From Ostreococcus lucimarinus (taxonomy: Eukaryota): a stretch of 64,000 bases of DNA. Position 1 is the stretch's first letter. Every line of letters starts with the position of its first letter. A program made the translations under genes and the position numbers. The notes beneath the pieces are model-generated. The model was given only the letters and a program-made list of their open reading frames with translations. It was not told the origin of the DNA and searched no databases. The stretch lies in assembly GCA_000092065.1 (NCBI GenBank), contig CP000581.1, one strand, 5' to 3'. This document shows positions 19,122 to 32,471 of the stretch, piece by piece.

Positions 19122-19820
19122 ATGCGCGGCGTCGCGGTGGCGCCGACGCGGTGCGCGACGCGCGCGCGCGGCGACGCGACGCGCGGCACGGCGACGCGCG
19201 CGGGACGCGCGACGCGACGGGGACGCGCGATGGCGCGGACGGGCGACGACGAGGCGGCGAACGCGAAGGCGAGCGCGAGCGCGGGGAAGAAGTGCGCGGC
19301 GGTCGTCGCGGGATGCGCGATGGCGCTCGCGATGGCGAGCGCGCGGGTCGCGGTGGCGGATTCGCTGCCGGATGAAGTCGACGTCAAGGTGCTGTGCGAC
19401 GCGGCGTGCGAAAAGCGGTTGGAGAGTCAAGAGTTTAAGACGACGAAGAGCGGGCTGAGGTACAAGGAAATCAAGGAAGGCGACGGGATGGAACCGCCGG
19501 TTGGGTTCCAGGTCGTCGTGGATTACATCGCCATGGATGAAAAGGGACGAATTTTCGATAACAGCTTGGCCAAGGGCAAGCCGAACGATATTCGCGTCGT
19601 CGACTGCGTGGGTTCGGGCGATTTTGATTCCTGCACCGTGATTCCGGGCATGGACGAGGGGCTGCTGACGATGAAGTCTGGTGGTGTTCGTAGGTTGTAC
19701 ATTCCGGGCGAGCTGTCGTTTCCGAAAGGGTTGGCGAGCGCGCCGGGTCGACCAAAGGTGCCGCCGTTTTCGCCAGTCGTCTTCGACGTCAATCTCTTGT
19801 ACATCCCGGGTTTCGATTAG
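19122..19820 (+). CDS. FKBP-type peptidyl-prolyl cis-trans isomerase, probably thylakoid-lumen targeted
   Basis: FKBP domain GLRYKEIKEGDG...VVVDY...GRIFDNS...VIPGMDEGLLTMKSGGVRRLYIPGELSF. ATG at 19122 follows an Arg-rich region; N-terminal presequence. Confidence 0.75.
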   Translation: MRGVAVAPTRCATRARGDATRGTATRAGRATRRGRAMARTGDDEAANAKASASAGKKCAAVVAGCAMALAMASARVAVADSLPDEVDVKVLCDAACEKRLESQEFKTTKSGLRYKEIKEGDGMEPPVGFQVVVDYIAMDEKGRIFDNSLAKGKPNDIRVVDCVGSGDFDSCTVIPGMDEGLLTMKSGGVRRLYIPGELSFPKGLASAPGRPKVPPFSPVVFDVNLLYIPGFD

Positions 19821-19901
19821 GAGGTTTCGCGTCATAATAACAAACATCAAAGTCAACATTACTCTCATATAAATTCGTTCCTATATGAAAAAAGTCGTGC
19901 C

Positions 19902-22223
<2,322 letters not shown>

Positions 22224-22291
22224 TGGACGCGATGCAATATAAATTAATATTCGCTGAAACAACGCGCGCGTCTCGTCGGCGCAACTCGCAC

Positions 22292-23746
22292 TCAGTGATC
22301 GTCGTGATCGTGGTCGTGGGGATGCGCCGGCGCGCCGCTCAGGAGAAATTTCGTGTTGGAGAAATCCTGCAGCAGCGGATTGTACCCGCTTCCGGTGACC
22401 GTGGCCGCGACGTCGGCGTAGTCCGTCATGAACTTTTTCGTCGTCACTATTGTACACAGCCGCGCGTTGGCGCGATGGGTGTTTTGACTTGACGTCGCGA
22501 AGTCGATCGCTCGCAACGTGTCAAAGCACGTCGGAAAGAAGACGTCAGCCGATCCCGCCAGTCGCTCGGGCAAGAGATATGTGTCGTGATCGTCGGTTTG
22601 CCCGCCCACGCGCTGAGTTGCGACGAGAGGCGCGTTCACGCCTTCGATGCGCACGTTTGGTAGGGTGTCGAAATCCGCCGCGATGAAACGATGGTTCGGG
22701 CGCTTGGCGTGCAACGTCTCCATGAGTTGCATCGAGCCAGTGGGAACGAACCATGTTTCGTCCCCGCTCGACGCCAAAGAAGTAAGCGCGCGACGAATCG
22801 AGTGCATGAACCCGCGTGGGTTGTACGCGCCACCATCACCGTCCACGGCTAAGTCTGCGGTCAAATCGATCGCCTGCAACGTTCTCTGAATCAACGCATC
22901 CGCGAGCGGTGCCTCGCGTTGCGCGAGCTCGCCGGTCGTCAAATTTCTCACTATTTCCGTTTGCATCCATTCACCTTCACCGCGTTTAGGCCGCCACACC
23001 CTGTCGTGTGGTAGGTTATCCAACACCTCGAGCGCGATGACGAAACAGGTCTCCTCGTTCGTCGCGCCCCACGTTTGGAGACTCGTCGCGTCGCCCACCG
23101 TCGCGTCGTGGACGTCATTCGCGTGTCCCGAACGCCGCACGCGGTTGAGCTGGTCATCACACAGCCTTTTACTAATATCAATCGACGTATACCTCATCTT
23201 TTCGTACACTTTCGGCGCCTCTCTTTTCACCGCGTCTAAAAATCCACTCGCAAACGTACCCGCGCCGCCGCCGATTTCGTACACACGCAACGGCTCCAAC
23301 GCCTCGTCATCGCCGCAATCGCCCCGATGCGTCTCTAATACATATCGCACCAACGCATCGGCGTAATGTGGGGCGAAGATCTCTCCCGGCGTCAACCATT
23401 GCGCGCCTAAACGCGCGTATCGCCGGTTGAGCTCGCCAAAGTAATCATCTTGTCCCCGTAGCGCCTTGAAATCGATCGCGCCTTCGTCCATCGTCCCCAC
23501 GGGCGCGCTCGTTTTGCGATCATTGGTAAAGTACCCTTTGTTCGGCGCGTACAGCGCGTCGTGGAGGTGCTCGCGCAGCAGCGTGCGCTTCGCCTCGGAC
23601 GGTTTCGTCTCGTTCGACGGTTTCGACCGACGCGACGACGTCGACGCCTCGCGCGACGCGTCGTTCGCGAGAAAGACGTCCGAACGCGCGCCGCGCGCGA
23701 GCAGAGATGTGATTTCTCGCGCTCGGCGCGCGCGACGCGCGAGCAT
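22292..23746 (-). CDS. Putative class I SAM-dependent methyltransferase
   Basis: Gly-rich SAM-binding-like motif LRVYEIGGGAGTFASGF (candidate motif I). The family, possibly MidA/DUF185-like, is uncertain. His/Asp-rich C-terminus HDHDHDDH. Confidence 0.45.
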   Translation of the reverse strand: MLARRARRAREITSLLARGARSDVFLANDASREASTSSRRSKPSNETKPSEAKRTLLREHLHDALYAPNKGYFTNDRKTSAPVGTMDEGAIDFKALRGQDDYFGELNRRYARLGAQWLTPGEIFAPHYADALVRYVLETHRGDCGDDEALEPLRVYEIGGGAGTFASGFLDAVKREAPKVYEKMRYTSIDISKRLCDDQLNRVRRSGHANDVHDATVGDATSLQTWGATNEETCFVIALEVLDNLPHDRVWRPKRGEGEWMQTEIVRNLTTGELAQREAPLADALIQRTLQAIDLTADLAVDGDGGAYNPRGFMHSIRRALTSLASSGDETWFVPTGSMQLMETLHAKRPNHRFIAADFDTLPNVRIEGVNAPLVATQRVGGQTDDHDTYLLPERLAGSADVFFPTCFDTLRAIDFATSSQNTHRANARLCTIVTTKKFMTDYADVAATVTGSGYNPLLQDFSNTKFLLSGAPAHPHDHDHDDH

Positions 23747-23897
23747 CGCGCGCGGTGGCGACGACGACGGCGTCGATGACCAGTCGCGCGTCGCGCACTG
23801 GGGGCGTCGCGCTCGAGCGACGACGTCGACGAAGATTCGATCGACGATCGTGCGCGTCCGTGGAACGAATGAATGGTTCGTGCGAATGATGACAACA

Positions 23898-26330
23898 CTA
23901 AAGCTTCGAGCGGCGAATCTCCATCTTCGCTATGGTTTCTAAGTGCACCTCATCCGGCCCGTCGGCGAGGCGGAGGGTGCGGGCGCCGGCGTAGAGACGG
24001 GCAAGAGGAGTGTCCTGACTCACGCCGGCACCGCCGTGGATTTGGATGGCGGCGTCGATGACGGAAAGCGCTGCGGCCGGTGCGGCCACTTTACAGGCAG
24101 CCACGGCGCCTCGAGCGAGTTTGATACCTCGCGCGTCGAGTTCGTGCGCGGCTTGCAGCGTGAGCAATCGAGCGCCGTCCAGCGTGACGCGACATTGACC
24201 GAGTCTTTGGAGTACTGCCCCGTTTTCCGCGAGTGGTTTGCCGAAGGCGACTCGAGATTTTGCTCTCGCGCTTGCGAGTTCCAACGCGCGCTCACCCATG
24301 CCGATCAATCGCATGCAATGATGTAATCGTCCCGGACCCAGACGACCCTGGGCGATTTCAAAACCGCGCCCTTCGCCGAGTAATATGCTCGCCGCGGCGT
24401 CGACGCGCACATTGGTGAACGTCACCTCGGCGTGTCCGTGCGGGGCATCGTCGTACCCGAAAACGGTCAACGGACGAACGACGCGCACGCCCGGGGCATC
24501 CATCGGACACAGCACCATGCTCTGTTGGCGATGCTTCGCCACGCCCGATCCATCTTTTGCGGTTTTGCCCATGAAAATAATAACCTTACACCTCGGATCG
24601 CACGCCCCCGAGGTCCACCATTTGCGTCCGTTCAAGACGTAATCTGATCCTTCGCGCGCGATGGCGCTCTCGATGTTCGTCGCGTCCGAGCTCGCGACTG
24701 CGGGCTCGGTCATGGCGAAGCACGATCGTATTTCACCGGTGAGCAACGGGCGCAACCATCGCTCTTGCTGCTCTACCGAGCCGTATCGCAACAAAACCTC
24801 CATATTGCCCGTATCAGGCGCAGAACAATTGAATGCCTCGCTCGCCCAAACACTCGCGCCCATGACTTCGGCGAGATACGCGTATTCGAGATTCGTCAGT
24901 CCTGGACCCGCGAACAGCGTCGACTCTTCGCCGTCGTTGGGGCGAATTTTCAATAGCGCCGCGCTGTCGAGGGGCAGCCACAAGTTCCACAACCCAGCGC
25001 TTTTAGCCGCAGTCTTCAATGATTCCACCGCGGGCGATACGCTCCATCGTTCAGGCGTGATGGCGTGCGCCTCGAGTTCTTCCTCCGCCTTGTACACGTG
25101 CGCGTGCATGAAGTGCTTGAGCTTGTTCAGCAACGACGCCGCTTTGGCGCTCGGCTCAAATCCTACCGCGGTAGCTGACGTCGTTTCCGAGCGATGCGCG
25201 AGATCGTTGACACCCCGCGGCACGTTCGCACCCTTAACCACCAATAACGCGCGCCTGGCGAAGACGTCTACGAGCTGTCCCATTTCGTGCGCGTTTGCAC
25301 TCGACGCGTTGCCTTGCATCGCGCGCGCGCGCACCCCAGCGAGAATCGCAGCTCCTCGAAACAATGAAAGCGCGATATAAAACGGCCACGTCGTCGAGGC
25401 GCCTTCCGTCATAGGGTTCGGAAGCCCGCTTGCGCGCGACCAAGAGCGCACGTACGCGCCGACGTCTGGTACGCCTCGCGGTAAATTCGCGGGGTCCAGC
25501 GTAGGGTAGAGCTCCAACCCGGGAGGCAAATAATAAGGCAAACAATTGAACGCCACATCCGCGTATGGCGCACCCAGAGTGCTCAATTCCCAATCTAAAA
25601 CCGCCAAAACGTCGACTTGGTCGTCGCCGTTCGAGCGCGCGCGACTCAGGACCAAGTTGTCCAATCGAAAGTCGCCGTGCACCAACCGCCCGCTAATCTC
25701 TTTCGCCGGCGCGTTCGAGCGCAGCCAAGCGATCAAAGTCATCATGGATTCTTCTGCGTGTACGCCGACCCCCGGTCCCACGCTCGCTTCGTACTGTTTC
25801 GCCCACCGTTCCGTCTGTCGCTCGCCGTAGCGCTCGGCTTTACCGAAATCGCCCAACCCCACCGCGCGCGGGTCCACCGCGTGCAGCGTCCCGAGCGTTC
25901 GCGCCATCTTCTCGTACACCGCTCCGCGACGACGCTCCGAGCATTCCTCCATGCGCGGTTGCAAATAAATATCCCCATCGACGTAAGACATGACGTAAAA
26001 GGCCTCGCCCAGCACGCGCGCGTCCTCGCACAGCGCGAGCGCGTCGGGCGTCGGCACGTTCGTCGTACGCAGCGCCCGCATCACGGCGTATTCGCGCTCG
26101 ACCGCGTGCGCGGACTTCAGCAACGTTCCCGCCGGTTTCTTTCGCACGACGTACGTCCCGCAGACGTCACCGCGGCGCGTCAGCGCGAGGATCTTATACG
26201 TCGGGTTCGACTGTCCGTGCGCAAACTGGTCGACGTCGAGCGACGCGCACGCGCGAGGGAACCCGGGTACGCGCGCGCGACAGAAGCGCAGAAGCGCGGT
26301 CTCGTCGATCGGGTGGCGACATTTCCCCAT
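23898..26330 (-). CDS. IBR3/ACAD10-like protein: aminoglycoside-phosphotransferase domain fused to acyl-CoA dehydrogenase, with peroxisomal PTS1 -SKL
   Basis: APH domain ([13 protein letters not shown]), ACAD domain ([19 protein letters not shown]...GRKWWTSGA) and C-terminal SKL. Start placed at MGKCRHP, 38 codons inside the ORF in the track. Confidence 0.75.
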   Translation of the reverse strand: MGKCRHPIDETALLRFCRARVPGFPRACASLDVDQFAHGQSNPTYKILALTRRGDVCGTYVVRKKPAGTLLKSAHAVEREYAVMRALRTTNVPTPDALALCEDARVLGEAFYVMSYVDGDIYLQPRMEECSERRRGAVYEKMARTLGTLHAVDPRAVGLGDFGKAERYGERQTERWAKQYEASVGPGVGVHAEESMMTLIAWLRSNAPAKEISGRLVHGDFRLDNLVLSRARSNGDDQVDVLAVLDWELSTLGAPYADVAFNCLPYYLPPGLELYPTLDPANLPRGVPDVGAYVRSWSRASGLPNPMTEGASTTWPFYIALSLFRGAAILAGVRARAMQGNASSANAHEMGQLVDVFARRALLVVKGANVPRGVNDLAHRSETTSATAVGFEPSAKAASLLNKLKHFMHAHVYKAEEELEAHAITPERWSVSPAVESLKTAAKSAGLWNLWLPLDSAALLKIRPNDGEESTLFAGPGLTNLEYAYLAEVMGASVWASEAFNCSAPDTGNMEVLLRYGSVEQQERWLRPLLTGEIRSCFAMTEPAVASSDATNIESAIAREGSDYVLNGRKWWTSGACDPRCKVIIFMGKTAKDGSGVAKHRQQSMVLCPMDAPGVRVVRPLTVFGYDDAPHGHAEVTFTNVRVDAAASILLGEGRGFEIAQGRLGPGRLHHCMRLIGMGERALELASARAKSRVAFGKPLAENGAVLQRLGQCRVTLDGARLLTLQAAHELDARGIKLARGAVAACKVAAPAAALSVIDAAIQIHGGAGVSQDTPLARLYAGARTLRLADGPDEVHLETIAKMEIRRSKL

Positions 26331-26463
26331 CGCGCGCGTCGAAGTATGGGAACCGCGTTGGAGCGTGGTTTGGTTTTGCTTGTTATTACTCGCGACGGCG
26401 ACGGCCGCTACGAAAGTCTTGGTTGGCGCGCGAGCGGCGTGCATAGATAAGTGTGAAGAGATA

Positions 26464-27558
26464 TCAATCGTCTTCTTCTTGGAGCAAGAGATAGTAGGCG
26501 AACGCGCACAAGCCGATGAAGGCGAACGGCGCGGCGCCGGCGCCGTATTCTTGCTTTTTGACGTTGCGGAACGAGTTGCGATCGAGCGCGCCAGAATACT
26601 TCTTGCGCTGCGCCGGCGCCGCCGCGGGCTTGGGCTTTGCGGTAGCCTTCACCTTGGACCCGGATTTCTTCGCCGCGTACGATTTCTTCGCCGTCGATCG
26701 CTTGCTCTTGGCGGCGTACGGAGACGGCGCGTCGCGGTTGCGGAACGCTTCGAGTTCAGCCTCCTTCTCCTCGGGCGTCTTTGATCGAAGCGCCTCCATG
26801 CGCTCACGCTGCGCGTCACGTCTCGCGCGCGCCGCCGCGGTCTCTTCTTTCGCTTGGCGCGCTCTGGCTTGCAACAGTTCGCGTTGCGCCGCCCGTCGAG
26901 CCTCCACCGCCGCCATCGCCGCGGCGTCTCTCTCCTTAATCTGCGCCCGCAACTTCGCTTGCCTCTCGGAATCTCTCGATTGCACCTCCGCTTGTACCTT
27001 GGCCAACCGCGCCGCGTTTTCCTCGCGCTTCTGTTGCGCCCTCAACGTCGCGTCGCTCGGCCCGTTCGCGCTCGGCGCGCTCGTCTTCGTCTTCGTCTTC
27101 GTCTTCGTCTTCGTCGATCCCCCATCGTTCGCGTCCGCGCCCGCCCCGACGAGCGCGCGCCAATTCCACGATTCAAACTCCTTCAAATCCTTATCGTCCT
27201 CAAGCGCCGGCGCGACGGATTCTTCCGAGTCCTCCACCGCCCTCGCGTACAGCGTCGCCGCGTCGAGCGTCTCCGCGCTCGCGTCCCCCCCCGCCTCCTC
27301 CGCGCGCGCGTCCCCGACGCTCGACATCGCCAGCGCCGCGCTCGCGACGACCGCCGCGACGTCCCGCATCGTCCATCGCGCCTTTTCGTCCTCCCACCGT
27401 CCCGCGCGCGTCACCGCGCGTCGCGTCTCGTCGGCATTCGCATTCGCGTTCGCGTTCGATCGATGAATCCGACGCGTCGATTTCGTCGTTCGTCGCGCGC
27501 CGGACGCGCGTCCCGCGTCGGCGACGCCGCGCGTCGTCGCGCGCGTCGTCGCCCGCAT
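26464..27558 (-). CDS. Coiled-coil protein with (KT)n tract and C-terminal transmembrane anchor
   Basis: Long Ala/Arg/Glu-rich coiled-coil region, [11 protein letters not shown]-terminal [15 protein letters not shown]. The start could instead be an internal Met. Confidence 0.4.
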   Translation of the reverse strand: MRATTRATTRGVADAGRASGARRTTKSTRRIHRSNANANANADETRRAVTRAGRWEDEKARWTMRDVAAVVASAALAMSSVGDARAEEAGGDASAETLDAATLYARAVEDSEESVAPALEDDKDLKEFESWNWRALVGAGADANDGGSTKTKTKTKTKTSAPSANGPSDATLRAQQKREENAARLAKVQAEVQSRDSERQAKLRAQIKERDAAAMAAVEARRAAQRELLQARARQAKEETAAARARRDAQRERMEALRSKTPEEKEAELEAFRNRDAPSPYAAKSKRSTAKKSYAAKKSGSKVKATAKPKPAAAPAQRKKYSGALDRNSFRNVKKQEYGAGAAPFAFIGLCAFAYYLLLQEEDD

Positions 27559-28020
27559 CCCGATCGTCGCTCGCCCTCGCGCGTCGCGACGCGTCGGCCG
27601 ATGTCGTCACCGGACGCGATCGTTCGCCGTTCGAGCGCGGTCGGTCGGTCGTTCGGTCGCGCGCGCGCGTCGCGTCGCGTCGTCCGTCGCGCGCGCGGGC
27701 GATCGCGCGCGGCGATCGGCGCGACGCGACGCGCGCGACCGCTCGCGATCACGCGTCGCGCGTCGCGCGCCGCGCGCGAATCTCGAGCCGGCGCCGTCGC
27801 GCCGGCGCGGCGTCCGGCGCGCGCGCGCGTCGCGACGACGCGACGTACGCGACGTTGGCGCACGCGAGGAGGGCGAGCGCGGCGTACGCGGCGCCCTTGC
27901 CCGGCGGGCGCGCCCGCGCGAGGACGTACCCGAACGTCGCGCCGTCCGTCGCGCGCGCGCGACGACGTGACGACGCGACGACGCGACGACGCACGACGCG
28001 ACGCGACGACGCGACGCGCG

Positions 28021-29013
28021 ATGGCGACGGCGCGCGCGCGACGCGCGAGCGCGTCCGCGTGGCGCGTCGCGGCGCTCGCGTGCGCGCTCGCGTGCGCGGC
28101 GTGCGGCGCGTACGCGGCGAGCGCGCGCGACGCGAGTTCGTTGTTCGACGGCGTCGCGAGGCGACGGCGCGGACGACGCGGGACGGCGCGCGACGGCGAC
28201 GGCGCGGACGACGACGACGGCGACGACGACGCGCGAGTTCCCGCGTCGTCGACGGTGTGGACGCGGCGCGCGCTGTCGGTGCTGGTGCCGCTGCGCGGCG
28301 TCGCGCGGCGGTGGTTGTTGGGCGAGGGCGCGCGCGCGAGCGGCGCGTTCGTCGATCCGTCGCTGCCGATATACGTCGCGGGCGCGACGTCGTGCCGAGC
28401 GCTGGAGCGAAGGCTGGGGAAAGAGCTGTGGGTGTGGTTCGTCGACGCGATCGGGATCGGGCGGGCGAGCGCGGGGCGGGCGAGGTTGACGAGCGTGCTG
28501 CGAGACGCGAGGACGACGGAGGCGTTGGACGAGACGTTCGATGAATTAGCGAAGAGGTACCCGCGAGGACGATGCGAGGATGACGACGATGAGGGCGACG
28601 CGCGCGCGGTGAGCCTGAGCGCGGAGGGGCTGATTAAGTTTAGCGACGGGATACGCGGGTCGATTCGGAACGTCATGGCGCTTCGACCGGAAGCCGTGGC
28701 GATTCAGCCCGCGAGCGCGAGCGAGCACGCCTTCTTGCGGGATAACTTTGATTTATTGTTCCCGTCCACCGATCCCTTGGATCGGTCGACGTTTCACGCG
28801 CTGGCGAAGCTCATTTTAGTGCGCCGCATCGTCAAGGCGTTGGTCACGGATTTCGGCGGCGTCGAACGCATTCGACGCGGACTCGCCGAGCCGCTCGTCA
28901 TCGACGTCCAAGTCGTCGTCGAGGGCGACGTGGTGTTTCGCGTGCACACGGTCGCGCCGAAAAGTGACGCCGTGAGCGGCGTGGGACAGCGTTTAGGGGT
29001 AATTTCCGAATAG
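28021..29013 (+). CDS. Hypothetical protein with signal-peptide-like N-terminus
   Basis: This is the 3' third of a 719-aa ORF in the track; the part before ATG 28021 is Arg-rich antisense of the coiled-coil gene. Confidence 0.35.
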   Translation: MATARARRASASAWRVAALACALACAACGAYAASARDASSLFDGVARRRRGRRGTARDGDGADDDDGDDDARVPASSTVWTRRALSVLVPLRGVARRWLLGEGARASGAFVDPSLPIYVAGATSCRALERRLGKELWVWFVDAIGIGRASAGRARLTSVLRDARTTEALDETFDELAKRYPRGRCEDDDDEGDARAVSLSAEGLIKFSDGIRGSIRNVMALRPEAVAIQPASASEHAFLRDNFDLLFPSTDPLDRSTFHALAKLILVRRIVKALVTDFGGVERIRRGLAEPLVIDVQVVVEGDVVFRVHTVAPKSDAVSGVGQRLGVISE

Positions 29014-29052
29014 CCGAGCGTCGCGCTCGACGCGGCGAAGTAGAAAAAAGTT

Positions 29053-30150
29053 GTGATGAGTCCGTCGCGCGCGCCATCCGCCGCCGCGCGCGACCGCGCG
29101 CGCGAGGCGCGCGACGCGTCCATCGGCGCGCGCGTCGCGTCGCGCATCTCGGATCTCGACGCCAGGACGTCGCGCGGTGTCTCGTCCGCGTCGAGTGTCA
29201 ACGGACTCGGTTTGTTTAGTGTTGCGACGCCGCACGCGCCGCGGACGCGCGCGATGTCGCCGAGCAAGCTCAGGGTGAACACGCAGCGTCTACATCGCGC
29301 GTATTCGAGCGGAGATTTAGGCCGCCGGCCGAAATTCGCCACCAACGTCGCGGTGCTGCTGCTGACAAACGTCGGGCTTTTGTCATTCTTCTTGGGCGGC
29401 GTGTACTTTGTGCTGTCGGGATGGGACCAAACCGCGACGCTGTGCGTCGTCGGGTACGTGTGCTGTGGTTTGGCGTTGGCGATACCGTCGATGACATTCT
29501 CGAAGTCGTTGGATGACGAGAAGGTGGCGTGCGATGACGATGAGGCCAAGCGCGACGAAGACTCGAGGGTGTTGTACCGCGTCTTCGCGGGCGTGCTCAA
29601 CGTCGCGGGTTTAATTTTAGGAATTCTCGGGTCGTTACTGTACAGTCCTGGATTTTGTAAGTGGGCAACGAGTGGGCGATTCGATCCGTACGTGAATGAT
29701 GCTGATTTCGAGACGTTGACCGATCGAGCGAACGTGATTTGGGCGATTTCATTTCTGCTGTTCCCAATCGGCAGCGGGCTCTTCTTGTACGACAGAAAAC
29801 GGACGTTGGAAAAGAGAGCTGCGTTGAAGCAGCGCCGCGCGCCTGGATATTTTTCGCAAGAGCTGTATTTATACACGTGGATTGAGATCGCGCTCGTCGT
29901 ATTCGCCGTCGGCGGCATGCTGTTTTGCTTTGACGACAACGAAGGCCTCCTCGTGGGCTCGCTCGTCCTCTTTTTTATAGGAGGCGGGATCAAGGCTGGT
30001 TTGATGTTCCACGAATTGAGGATGTTCTTTGGTGGCACGTGCGATGCAATGCGTGAGGATCGCGACTCCGACGATTCAGACGAGCGATCGCCGCTGATTG
30101 GGGATAGGGATAACATGTCGGACACGTCGTCCTTGCTCGGCGACGCCTGA
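29053..30150 (+). CDS. Hypothetical multi-pass membrane protein
   Basis: Several hydrophobic helices and GC-rich third codon positions. It was chosen over the overlapping 443-aa antisense ORF (28794..30125), which translates to low-complexity Ser-rich sequence. Confidence 0.5.
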   Translation: MMSPSRAPSAAARDRAREARDASIGARVASRISDLDARTSRGVSSASSVNGLGLFSVATPHAPRTRAMSPSKLRVNTQRLHRAYSSGDLGRRPKFATNVAVLLLTNVGLLSFFLGGVYFVLSGWDQTATLCVVGYVCCGLALAIPSMTFSKSLDDEKVACDDDEAKRDEDSRVLYRVFAGVLNVAGLILGILGSLLYSPGFCKWATSGRFDPYVNDADFETLTDRANVIWAISFLLFPIGSGLFLYDRKRTLEKRAALKQRRAPGYFSQELYLYTWIEIALVVFAVGGMLFCFDDNEGLLVGSLVLFFIGGGIKAGLMFHELRMFFGGTCDAMREDRDSDDSDERSPLIGDRDNMSDTSSLLGDA

Positions 30151-30206
30151 TTTATTTAAGAGCTAGAGTATCCATTAGACGACTTGAAGTAAGATTCTAG
30201 TACGAT

Positions 30207-31868
30207 TTAGGCTACAAACGGACGACTATTCTTGTTTCGAGCCGTCAGCACCTCGACCCCATCGGACGTGATGAGCAGCGTGTGCTCGTACTGCGCGCTT
30301 CGCGCTCCGTTCGTCGTCACCGCCGTCCATCCATCCGGCCAGTGCACGACTTTGTGCGACGATGACTCGTTAAACATGGGCTCGATCGTGAACGTCATTC
30401 CTTCCTTCATCACACCGATCGCCTTATTGCGAGCGTAGTGTGGAACGTTCGGGGCGCAGTGGAAAAGCTGGCCGATGCCGTGCCCGCAAAAGTCCTTCAC
30501 GCTCGCGTATCCGCCTCGGGAAGCTTCCTCGGCGATGATTTCGCCAAGGTCTCTGAATCGTCGACCGGGTCGGCAGTACGCGATGGCCTTTTCCAGGGCT
30601 TTGCGCGTGCAGTCCATGAGCTTCTGCGCCGCTTTCGACTTGGCTCCGCCCTTGCCGACGTAATACGTTTCATTCAAATCGCCGTGGTATCCGTTCAGGC
30701 GAACCGTGATGTCCAAATTGACGATGTCGCCGTCCTCGAGAGGGCGCGCGTCGGGAATGCCGTGACACACGACCTCGTTCACGGATGTGCACAGCGACTT
30801 TGGAAAACCCATGTAGTTGAGCGGCGACGGATACGCGCCGTTTCCAACCGTCACCGCGTGACATATACGATCGAGCTCCTCCGTCGTGACGCCGGGCTCG
30901 AGCGCCCACGCCACTGTATCCATCACGTGTCGCGCCAAAGAACACGCCGCGCGCATCGCCTGTCGAGCCTCATGCGGCTTTACCTCTACGGTGCTTTGGA
31001 ATCGTGACCCAAACTCCTCTTCCGGCCATCCAGAACTGGCGTAATCGGGAGGATTCAACCCGCTCGGGTACGATCGTTTCGCGGTCGTCTTTCGCGGTCG
31101 TAGCTTCCCCGTCCACGCGAACGTGGGCATCTTCCCTGACCTCGAGCTTCGCTTCGCGCCCGCGCTTTGCACGTGAAACGTAAAATCATTTTTGTCCCCG
31201 TCCCACCAATCCATCGTTTTTCGCACTTCATCCAACGTTCGCCACTTCCCCGCCCGCGCCGCCTCGAGTCGAGCCGCCGTCTCCCTCGCGCGCGCGTCCT
31301 CGTTTCCACCCGCCGTCTCCGCGACCTCCCTCGACGCCTCGACGTCCGACCCCCAGGACTCATCGCTGTCGCATCCTTCGTCGTCGCTCGAGTCCACCGC
31401 GCGGATTTCGTGCTCCGTCGTTCCGCGCAGCTCGACCGAGCCGCCGCGCGCGCTAAAGCGCGCGTCCTCGCCCTCGAACACGTGCACGAACGACACGCTC
31501 TCGTGGACGTCGGGAATCAACCGCGCGATGACGAACGAAGGTCCGGAGTCGCATCGCGCGCGCACGGTGACGCGCTTCGCGCCCTCGCGCGCGGAGAGCA
31601 GCGTCACGCCCGTGCACTCGAAGGACGTCTCGCACGCGCCGCCGAGCGTGCGGTGACGGAAATACCGCGGCGCGTCGTCGTCGACTCGAAGCGCGAACGA
31701 CATGATCGAACGTCGACTCGCGGACGCGACGTTCGCGCGGCGTCCAGGCGTCGATCGAGCGCGTCGACGTTCGCGACGGCGCGGGACGCGGAGTGTCGCC
31801 TCGAACCTCTCTCTACTCACACAAAACGCTACGCTACGCGCCCGCGCGACGCCCGCGCGACGCCCCAC
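30207..31868 (-). CDS. Methionine aminopeptidase 1 catalytic domain preceded by a nucleoplasmin-like N-terminal domain and acidic tract
   Basis: C-terminal 300 aa: MetAP1 linker GKLRPRKTTAKRSYPSGLNPPDYA and catalytic domain (VCHGIPD...NLDITV...HGIGQLFH...TIEPMF...EHT). N-terminal 250 aa in the same uninterrupted ORF: SFVIARLIPDVHESVSFVHVFEGEDARFSARGGSVELRGT followed by DSSDDEGCDSDESWGSDVE. Confidence 0.6.
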   Translation of the reverse strand: MGRRAGVARARSVAFCVSRERFEATLRVPRRRERRRARSTPGRRANVASASRRSIMSFALRVDDDAPRYFRHRTLGGACETSFECTGVTLLSAREGAKRVTVRARCDSGPSFVIARLIPDVHESVSFVHVFEGEDARFSARGGSVELRGTTEHEIRAVDSSDDEGCDSDESWGSDVEASREVAETAGGNEDARARETAARLEAARAGKWRTLDEVRKTMDWWDGDKNDFTFHVQSAGAKRSSRSGKMPTFAWTGKLRPRKTTAKRSYPSGLNPPDYASSGWPEEEFGSRFQSTVEVKPHEARQAMRAACSLARHVMDTVAWALEPGVTTEELDRICHAVTVGNGAYPSPLNYMGFPKSLCTSVNEVVCHGIPDARPLEDGDIVNLDITVRLNGYHGDLNETYYVGKGGAKSKAAQKLMDCTRKALEKAIAYCRPGRRFRDLGEIIAEEASRGGYASVKDFCGHGIGQLFHCAPNVPHYARNKAIGVMKEGMTFTIEPMFNESSSHKVVHWPDGWTAVTTNGARSAQYEHTLLITSDGVEVLTARNKNSRPFVA

Positions 31869-31920
31869 CGTCGAACGACGCGCACCTCGTTCGTCACCGC
31901 GCCCCGTTCGAGGCGCGTCG

Positions 31921-32217
31921 TCACGACGTCGCCTCGCGCGTCGTCTCCGGCGCGTCGCCGTTCCACCTCGCCCACCGTTGAAAATTATACGCCTGCACGT
32001 TCGCGTTCGCCGTGTGACACGCGAGCAGGATGTGATTCCTCGGCTGCACCCTCCACGCGAACCGCATGAACAGCCCGGAGTACACCACCAGCGCGCCCGT
32101 CATCGGTCCGCTGATCATCGACTCCGGCTTCTTCGTGTCCGCCAAGCCCTGCGCCCGTCGCGCGGCGTCGCGCCGCCGTCGTCAGTCGCCGCGTCCGTCG
32201 CTTCGCGTCCGTCGCTT

Positions 32218-32265
<48 letters not shown>

Positions 32266-32471
32266 CCGGTCGTCGTCGTCGTCCCGGTCGTCGTCGTCGT
32301 CCCGGTCGTCGTTCGACGCGCGTCGTCCGTCGTCGTCCGACGCGCGTCGCGCCGTCGTCCGATGCGCGGCGACGGACGCACCGCGAGCACGAACCCCCAG
32401 TTCGCGACGGGCCCCCAGAAGTGGGTCGTCCTCGGCCCCGTGGGGCTGTTGATGAAGGCGCGCACGCTCAT
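31921..32471 (-). CDS. MPC1: Mitochondrial pyruvate carrier 1 (two exons: 32382..32471 and 31921..32148)
   Basis: Exon 1 is MSVRAFINSPTGPRTTHFWGPVANWGFVLA. Exon 2 is GLADTKKPESMISGPMTGALVVYSGLFMRFAWRVQPRNHILLACHTANANVQ. Both align to human MPC1 (THFWGPVANWG ... [34 protein letters not shown]). Confidence 0.8.
32149..32381 (-). other. Spliceosomal intron (233 nt) in MPC1, carrying a ~90-nt (GTC)n microsatellite
   Basis: Donor GCG|GTGCGT and acceptor gcgcag|GGC, phase 0. Confidence 0.7.
32221..32310. repeat. (GTC)n trinucleotide microsatellite inside the MPC1 intron
   Basis: About 15 perfect GTC units, followed by CCCGGTC(GTC)4 blocks. Confidence 0.85.

Noticed and set aside
26854-29013. 719-aa ORF, plus further long Arg-rich ORFs (27411..28676, 31702..33120, 47122..48591 5' part, 49255..50232, 54199..54834, 54375..55295, 36321..37157, 38255..39379, 1178..2177)
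   Set aside because: These have poly-Arg/Ala/Pro composition, lie antisense to genes with clear homology, and in several cases lack a true ATG because the track uses alternative starts. Treated as GC-content artefacts. Only the 3' parts with real ATGs and ordinary composition were kept.
28794-30125. 443-aa minus-strand ORF overlapping the membrane-protein gene
   Set aside because: Ser/Thr-rich low-complexity translation. The plus-strand frame has coherent transmembrane segments and GC-rich third positions, so the plus strand was chosen.
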